Source: a virus. Taken from it: a stretch of 43,994 bases of DNA. The stretch is from IMG/VR virus record IMGVR_UViG_3300046780_000195, positions 1 to 43,994 of that record, one strand, 5' to 3'. The first letter of the stretch is position 1, and every line of letters begins with the position of its first letter. Position numbers and translations under genes: made by a program. The notes under the pieces were generated by a model. The model did not search any database. It saw nothing but the letters and a program-made list of their open reading frames with translations, and was not told where the DNA came from. Below are positions 39,569 through 43,994 of the stretch, one piece after another.

Positions 39569-39694
39569 TTCACTTGCCTCTCAACCCGAAGCCACGAATT
39601 AGTGGGCCGATGCCGTTGGAGGGGGAGACCTTTGCCCGACACCGGCCCTGATCCCGTCGCCCATCTATCTTGGGGAGATAGCGGCTTGGCAGGA

Positions 39695-39880
39695 TCATTT
39701 GCGAACCTTCAGCTTGTCGAACGCTCCCAGACGCCAATGGGGAATGTTCTTGTTCCTCCACCAGGCGTAGACCGTGTTGGATGGTATGCCAAGGCGCTTG
39801 GCAAGGCGATCGAACGCCTCGATCTTCTTGGGCGCCGCGGCACAGGCGGTTAGTATCCGGGTGGCTTGCTCTAGTTTCAT
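39695..39880 (-). CDS. Cro/YdaS-like helix-turn-helix regulator (61 aa)
   Basis: RLAKRLGIPSNTVYAWWRNKNIP is a typical HTH with the trailing W…IP motif. It is the first gene of the minus-strand block and is divergent from the plus-strand block. Confidence 0.6.
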   Translation of the reverse strand: MKLEQATRILTACAAAPKKIEAFDRLAKRLGIPSNTVYAWWRNKNIPHWRLGAFDKLKVRK

Positions 39881-39885
39881 GCCGC

Positions 39886-39915
39886 ATCATAGGCATGGGA
39901 TTTTATCAAAGTCAA
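39886..39915 (-). promoter_or_regulatory. candidate promoter for the Cro-like gene (TTGACT-18-TATGAT), probably leaderless
   Basis: On the minus strand the -10 ends 5 nt before the ATG at 39880, and no Shine-Dalgarno sequence is present. Confidence 0.4.
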
Positions 39916-39924
39916 ATTATTCGC

Positions 39925-39953
39925 TTGAAGTTAAAAATATACGGGCGTATAAG
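39925..39953 (+). promoter_or_regulatory. candidate promoter for the plus-strand recombination block (TTGAAG-17-TATAAG)
   Basis: Good sigma70-like spacing in an AT-rich intergenic region, back-to-back with the minus-strand promoter. Confidence 0.45.
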
Positions 39954-39978
39954 GTTCCGCATGACCAAAGGAGCCGAC

Positions 39979-40200
39979 ATGCACTCAGGGGACCAAGTGG
40001 CGCTTGCCAACGACAGCAACCCGTTCGCCAACAGCGTATGGGTCAAGAACGCCATCGCCAGTGGCTCGATCGTACCGCCTCACGGCGAGAGCGCGGCGGT
40101 ACGCAGGACCGACTATCTGGTGGGCCTCTGCGTGATCCTCATCATCGGTTTCGGGCTTGCCTGCATCGGCTCGTTCTTCATCGCTTCGCACTGGAGGTAA
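39979..40200 (+). CDS. small C-terminally anchored membrane protein (73 aa)
   Basis: AAAGGAG lies 6 nt upstream of ATG 39979. The C-terminus is LVGLCVILIIGFGLACIGSFFIA. An alternative leaderless start is at 39961. Confidence 0.5.
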   Translation: MHSGDQVALANDSNPFANSVWVKNAIASGSIVPPHGESAAVRRTDYLVGLCVILIIGFGLACIGSFFIASHWR

Positions 40201-40202
40201 TC

Positions 40203-40571
40203 ATGCCGTTCGATCAATCTGATTTCGAGTTCGCTTCGCCGCAGGTTGAACTGCCTGTGACTGATGGGGTCCTCCGCGTGCTGATCGAGGCGCGCGGCAT
40301 TCACGAAGACGAGGGACGCTGGGCACATCTGGCCGGGATGGGTGATTGCGAAAACACCTTCTGCGTCATCGCTGCCGCCAACCATCGAAAGTATCGCCGG
40401 AGGGATCAAGGCTGGTTTGAAATCGAACCCTATATCGACGCAGCCCTTCGCGACATGAACTACAGATATTCAGTGGTTTCCTTCAGCTATGACGAGAAGA
40501 CCACGCACCCCATGCTGATGGAGATGTGGGATCGCGCGATTGCGGCACGGCGTGCCGAGATCGGAAGCTGA
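40203..40571 (+). CDS. hypothetical protein (122 aa)
   Basis: Start MPFDQSDFEF 2 nt after the upstream stop. This is the downstream part of track ORF 39774..40571. Confidence 0.55.
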   Translation: MPFDQSDFEFASPQVELPVTDGVLRVLIEARGIHEDEGRWAHLAGMGDCENTFCVIAAANHRKYRRRDQGWFEIEPYIDAALRDMNYRYSVVSFSYDEKTTHPMLMEMWDRAIAARRAEIGS

Positions 40572-40572
40572 C

Positions 40573-40779
40573 ATGGACATAGAAAGCATCATCAAGACCC
40601 ACGCCGACACAATGAAAACCGGCATCGAGCATGGCGAGCAGTTCGGCGCTGGCAAGGTGGCTGCGGAATGCGGGCGGATGCTCGATGCCTGCGGGATCAG
40701 CGGAGAATGGAACCAGGGCTATCGCAAGGCTTTGTCGGACGTGATCGCCTATGTCGGCACGATGCGGAGGCCGCTGTGA
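40573..40779 (+). CDS. hypothetical protein (68 aa)
   Basis: Start MDIESIIKTHADTMK directly after the upstream stop. Confidence 0.5.
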   Translation: MDIESIIKTHADTMKTGIEHGEQFGAGKVAAECGRMLDACGISGEWNQGYRKALSDVIAYVGTMRRPL

Positions 40780-40967
40780 CCCGCTACGTCCGCGTCGGCG
40801 GCTATCCCAATACCGATCCCTACTACCGCACTCCCGAGCAACAGGAGCGGGACGACGAATGGGATTCCATTCCTGAAAACCCCGATGGCGAGGAAGACGA
40901 GGGCGCCCGCGTTCTGCGAATGCGCGCCGAGATGAAACGCAAGATGGAGAAGTCCAATGGGAAGTGA
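40776..40967 (+). CDS. hypothetical acidic protein (63 aa)
   Basis: GTGA start/stop overlap: VTRYVRVGGYPNTDPYYRTPEQQERDDEWD…. Confidence 0.4.
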   Translation: MTRYVRVGGYPNTDPYYRTPEQQERDDEWDSIPENPDGEEDEGARVLRMRAEMKRKMEKSNGK

Positions 40968-41169
40968 ACTGTGGTTCCGCGAGATGGAGCGCATCCTGAA
41001 CGAGAAGGAAGCCGCCATCGAGGAGTCCGGCCTGTCGGCTGCGGAACAGCGGCGCCTCAAGGCCAAGGCTTACGACGAGGCGGGAGAGGAAGCAGGCCCC
41101 GCGCTTGCCGAGCGTCTTGCCGACATGGCCGACCTCGAGCGCAAGCGTCGCCGGGAGGGGGGAAAATGA
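40957..41169 (+). CDS. hypothetical coiled-coil protein (70 aa)
   Basis: Track ORF. Confidence 0.5.
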   Translation: MGSELWFREMERILNEKEAAIEESGLSAAEQRRLKAKAYDEAGEEAGPALAERLADMADLERKRRREGGK

Positions 41170-41891
41170 CACTGGAAACCAGTCCGACCACTGCCGCCCT
41201 GGATGATGCGCTCGTCAAGGCGCAGAGCCAAATCAAGAATGCATCCAAGGACAGCGTGAACCCGCATTTCAAGTCCAAGTACGCCGACCTCGCCTCGATC
41301 TGGGAAGCCTGCAAGGAAGCCTTGGCGAAGAACAATATCGCCGTCACCCAGTGGCCGGTCGCCAGCGAGGACCAGAAGCTGCATCTTATCACGCGCATCT
41401 CCCACAAGGGAGAGTTCATGCAGGGGCGTATCGCCATCCCGATGGACAAGCAGAACGCCCACGGCGTCGGCAGCGCCATCACCTATGCCAAGCGGTATGC
41501 CCTCGCTGCCGCGCTAGGTGTGGCTGACGAGGACGATGACGGGAACGCTGCCAGCAAGAAGGTTCGCCCCCATGCTGATTTCGTTGCCGAGGCTCAGAAG
41601 GACGGCCTCATCTCGGGCGATCCCGACAAGTCTCAGTACGAGGTGGACAAGCAGAAGAAGGCCATCGCGGCCGGCTGGAAGGTGACGAACACCACCACCA
41701 AGGGCCAGATTTCACAGGTTGTGGACTATCTCAACATGGCCCCCAGCGCCATCGCGGTGAACACCATCCTGAAGGCCAATGCCGACGTGATCGCCGCCGC
41801 CCCGACGCGGGATGACATTGTGGCCTCGGCTGACGACCTCCTCAGGTTCTTCAATGAACAGGCCACAGGAGCGGCAGGGAGCCCCGTCTGA
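41166..41891 (+). CDS. erf: ERF-family single-strand annealing protein
   Basis: Start MTLETSPTTAALDDALVKAQSQIKNASKDSVNPHFKSKYADLASIWEACK … GSAITYAKRYALAAALGV. These are the hallmark ERF motifs (NPhFkskYAdL, GsaiTYarRY). Confidence 0.85.
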   Translation: MTLETSPTTAALDDALVKAQSQIKNASKDSVNPHFKSKYADLASIWEACKEALAKNNIAVTQWPVASEDQKLHLITRISHKGEFMQGRIAIPMDKQNAHGVGSAITYAKRYALAAALGVADEDDDGNAASKKVRPHADFVAEAQKDGLISGDPDKSQYEVDKQKKAIAAGWKVTNTTTKGQISQVVDYLNMAPSAIAVNTILKANADVIAAAPTRDDIVASADDLLRFFNEQATGAAGSPV

Positions 41892-42298
41892 TGGCATTCG
41901 CCACCTTCCGGCTATCCACCCCCCAAGCCCGGCAAAACGCACGGGAGGCGATCCTTGTGGCTCCTGAGGGGTATGTGTGCCGGATCGAGGATGAGCCCAG
42001 GTCAGAAATCCAGAACGACCACGCCCATGCCGCGCTGACCGATATTGCACGCCAAGTGAAGTGGCACGGCAAGAAGCTCAATGTCCTGACGTGGAAGCGG
42101 CTCACCATGGCCGCGTTCCTGCGCGAGATAGGGCACCAGCCGGAACTAATCCCCGCGTTGGACGGCAATGGCTTCGACGTGATTTTCGAGCACTCATCGA
42201 AGCTGGGGAAGAAGAAGTTCTCAGCATGGCTGGAATGGATCTATGCCTTCGGGACGCAGAACAAGGTGGTGTTCAGGGACAGGCATCATGCGTCGTAG
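41891..42298 (+). CDS. ninB: NinB/Orf-like recombination mediator
   Basis: …SEIQNDHAHAALTDIARQVKWHGKKLNVLTWKRLTMAAF… resembles the NinB pattern (Q…lha.l.diA.Q..w.G.kl….WK.l). It lies immediately after erf. Confidence 0.55.
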   Translation: MAFATFRLSTPQARQNAREAILVAPEGYVCRIEDEPRSEIQNDHAHAALTDIARQVKWHGKKLNVLTWKRLTMAAFLREIGHQPELIPALDGNGFDVIFEHSSKLGKKKFSAWLEWIYAFGTQNKVVFRDRHHAS

Positions 42299-42602
42299 CC
42301 TCTCCACCACTGCCCGCCTCAAGATCTGGGAAGCTGCCGAAGGGCGATGCCATCTCTGCGGTTTGCAGATTCGCGGCAAGTGGGAAGTCGAGCATCGCAT
42401 CCCGGTCGCGCTGGGTGGGGCTGACGAGGCGGCAAACATGGCCCCCGCCCATATCGATTGCCATGCCGGGAAAACCCGCCAAGACGTGGCTGCCATTGCC
42501 CGAGCCAAGCGGCGCAAGGCAAGGTTCGTCGGTGCCAAGCAATCGAAGTGGCCCAAGTCGAAATGGAAACGCAAGGTTTCTGGCGAGACGGTGCTGCGGT
42601 GA
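42288..42602 (+). CDS. HNH nuclease (HNH_5-like, 104 aa)
   Basis: GRCHLCGLQIRGKWEVEHRIPVALGGADEAANMAPAHIDCHAGKT shows the C.lC…veH.iP…GG…Nl…H..CH..KT pattern. Confidence 0.8.
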   Translation: MRRSLSTTARLKIWEAAEGRCHLCGLQIRGKWEVEHRIPVALGGADEAANMAPAHIDCHAGKTRQDVAAIARAKRRKARFVGAKQSKWPKSKWKRKVSGETVLR

Positions 42603-43522
42603 AGCCCTTGGCCATTGACCTATTCTGCGGCCTCGGCGGATGGACGGAAGGACTGCTAGCCGAGGGTTACGACGTGGTGGGCTTCGACATCGAGCGGCAC
42701 CGCTATCCGGCTCGAGCGTTGCCGGATTCGGATGGGCGCAAAGTTGGGACTGACGGCGTCGATTTCAACAATCCTCGAGAAGGCAGCAGCAAGAACCGCT
42801 CCTTCAATTATGCCAACGAATGCCTTGTGCGTGATGCGCCGCTCACTGGCGGATGGATGGAATATCCCGCCCAGCTCGTCATTCAAGACGTTCTGACGCT
42901 GCACGGCAGGCAGTTCAAGGATGCCGCGCTAATCGTCGCCTCGCCGCCCTGCCAGGCCTACAGCTACCGCGCCATGCCATGGAAGCGGGCCAAGGCGCTC
43001 CCACCACCCGACAACACGCTGTTTGAAAGCTGCTTTCGCATCCAGCGGGAAGCGTGCGAGGCGGCTGGACGGCATATCCCGCTGGTGGTCGAGAACGTGC
43101 GAGGGGCGCAGAAGTGGGTCGGCCGAGCTCGCTGGAACTATGGCTCGTTCTATCTGTGGGGCGACGTGCCGGCGCTGATGGTCGCGAGGCCATACAGCCA
43201 TCAATCGAAATACGGGAAAATCTGCCTGTCGCCAGAGGAATGGCAGCGGGCGCAGAATGGCGAAGCGGTCGTCCATCCTCACAATGGCCGCAAGGCCCCG
43301 GCTGGTACGCAATGGTTCAACGATGGTCCCCGCACGCCGGACTCTCTCGCCTCCATGGGCGGCAAGAGCAAGGCACGCAAGGCGGCCAGCGCCATGATCG
43401 CCAAGATACCCCTGCCGCTGTCCAGGCACATAGGGCGCACGTTCTTCGATGCAGCCAATGGTCGGTGCGGTAGCGGTAATCCGCGCGTAGCCACAAATCC
43501 CCCTTCCAAAGGTGGCACATGA
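42599..43522 (+). CDS. DNA (cytosine-5) methyltransferase
   Basis: Motif I AIDLFCGLGGWTEG, motif IV IVASPPCQAYS and motif VI PLVVENVRGA. The GTG start forms a GTGA overlap with the HNH stop. Confidence 0.85.
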   Translation: MKPLAIDLFCGLGGWTEGLLAEGYDVVGFDIERHRYPARALPDSDGRKVGTDGVDFNNPREGSSKNRSFNYANECLVRDAPLTGGWMEYPAQLVIQDVLTLHGRQFKDAALIVASPPCQAYSYRAMPWKRAKALPPPDNTLFESCFRIQREACEAAGRHIPLVVENVRGAQKWVGRARWNYGSFYLWGDVPALMVARPYSHQSKYGKICLSPEEWQRAQNGEAVVHPHNGRKAPAGTQWFNDGPRTPDSLASMGGKSKARKAASAMIAKIPLPLSRHIGRTFFDAANGRCGSGNPRVATNPPSKGGT

Positions 43523-43994
43523 CCTACTCAGAGCGTGAATTCGGTGCTTCTCAGTCGGACTACCCAAAGGAACAGCAGATGAGCGACATTGTAGAGCGGC
43601 TGCGAAAACTCGCCAGCATATACGCCGATCCTGACATTGACGGCGCGCTCTGGAAGGAACGTGACTTGCTCACCGAAGCCGCCGCCGAGATCGAGCGCCT
43701 GCGGGCTGGCCGTGCCGACCCGGAAGCGGTGGAAGCTGCGCGGCGAATACTCAAACCATTCAAGCGCGAGCGTCCTACCGTGGCCGAACTGGAAGCCATC
43801 CTACGGGCACCCGATGGAGCGCCTGTCACGATCAACCCGGACGGATCAATCGGTGTTGGCGACACAGATGCCGTCAAAGTCGCCACCGCCCTTCTCGCCT
43901 CCACCGCACGCGAGGCAAAGCTTCGCGAGGCGCTGGAGAATATTGAAGATATAGCAACGACCGGACGTATCAGCGAACTGGTAGAGAAATTCAA
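43519..43994 (+). CDS. 5' part of junction-spanning CDS (continues at 128..179 of the circle); hypothetical helical protein
   Basis: ATGA overlap with the MTase stop (a later ATG is at 43579). The frame is open to the end of the window: …MSDIVERLRKLASIYADPDIDGALWKERDLLTEAAAEIERLRAG…. Confidence 0.6.
   Translation, partial: MTYSEREFGASQSDYPKEQQMSDIVERLRKLASIYADPDIDGALWKERDLLTEAAAEIERLRAGRADPEAVEAARRILKPFKRERPTVAELEAILRAPDGAPVTINPDGSIGVGDTDAVKVATALLASTAREAKLREALENIEDIATTGRISELVEKF
43868..43994. repeat. second copy of the 127-bp terminal duplication
   Basis: Identical to 1..127. Confidence 0.95.

Noticed and set aside
39569-39694. 125-bp gap downstream of the Cro-like gene with a CTATCT-tgggg-AGATAG hairpin (39665..39681), considered as a terminator or sRNA.
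   Set aside because: The stem is only 6 bp, there is no T-run on the transcribed strand, and no second copy exists. The evidence is insufficient.

Overview
The window is an essentially complete, circularly closed dsDNA phage genome. It is 43,994 bp with an exact 127-bp end duplication, so the unique length is 43,867 bp. It is GC-rich, tightly packed and podovirus-like: portal, scaffold and capsid are followed by tail fibre, tailspike and very large internal virion proteins, with no tape measure, tube or sheath recognised.

There are four transcription blocks:
1. Minus-strand late block, 27569 down to 337: terS, a 330-bp non-coding gap, terL, seven small ORFs, portal, scaffold, capsid, adaptor and tail proteins, a glycine-rich tandem-repeat protein, ejection proteins, tailspike, and a lysis cassette with overlapped spanins.
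2. Plus-strand block of small early ORFs, 28027 to 30230, divergent from a small ribbon-helix-helix (RHH) gene.
3. Minus-strand block, 39880 down to 30233, led by a Cro-like HTH gene. It carries a VRR-NUC nuclease, a degenerate C5-methyltransferase-like ORF and a replisome organizer with internal iterons. These are followed by a translationally coupled enzyme operon: SAM methyltransferase, a split transketolase-like TPP enzyme, a PhyH-like dioxygenase, an SDR and a GT-A-like glycosyltransferase. Two HNH homing endonucleases interrupt that operon.
4. Plus-strand block, 39979 through the contig junction to 310: ERF, NinB, an HNH nuclease and a C5 DNA methyltransferase.

No integrase, DNA or RNA polymerase, tRNA, rRNA or CRISPR array was recognised.

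The best candidate for an undescribed system is the enzyme operon at 30233..36104, possibly acting together with the MTase-like ORF at 38216..38791. It looks like a phage-encoded carbohydrate or DNA-hypermodification pathway. A second candidate is the glycosyltransferase plus CxxCxxCC cysteine-cluster protein inside the virion module, next to the repeat protein.

All functional calls come from motif and architecture recognition by eye. No database search, structure prediction or statistics were run. Start codons of small ORFs are provisional.
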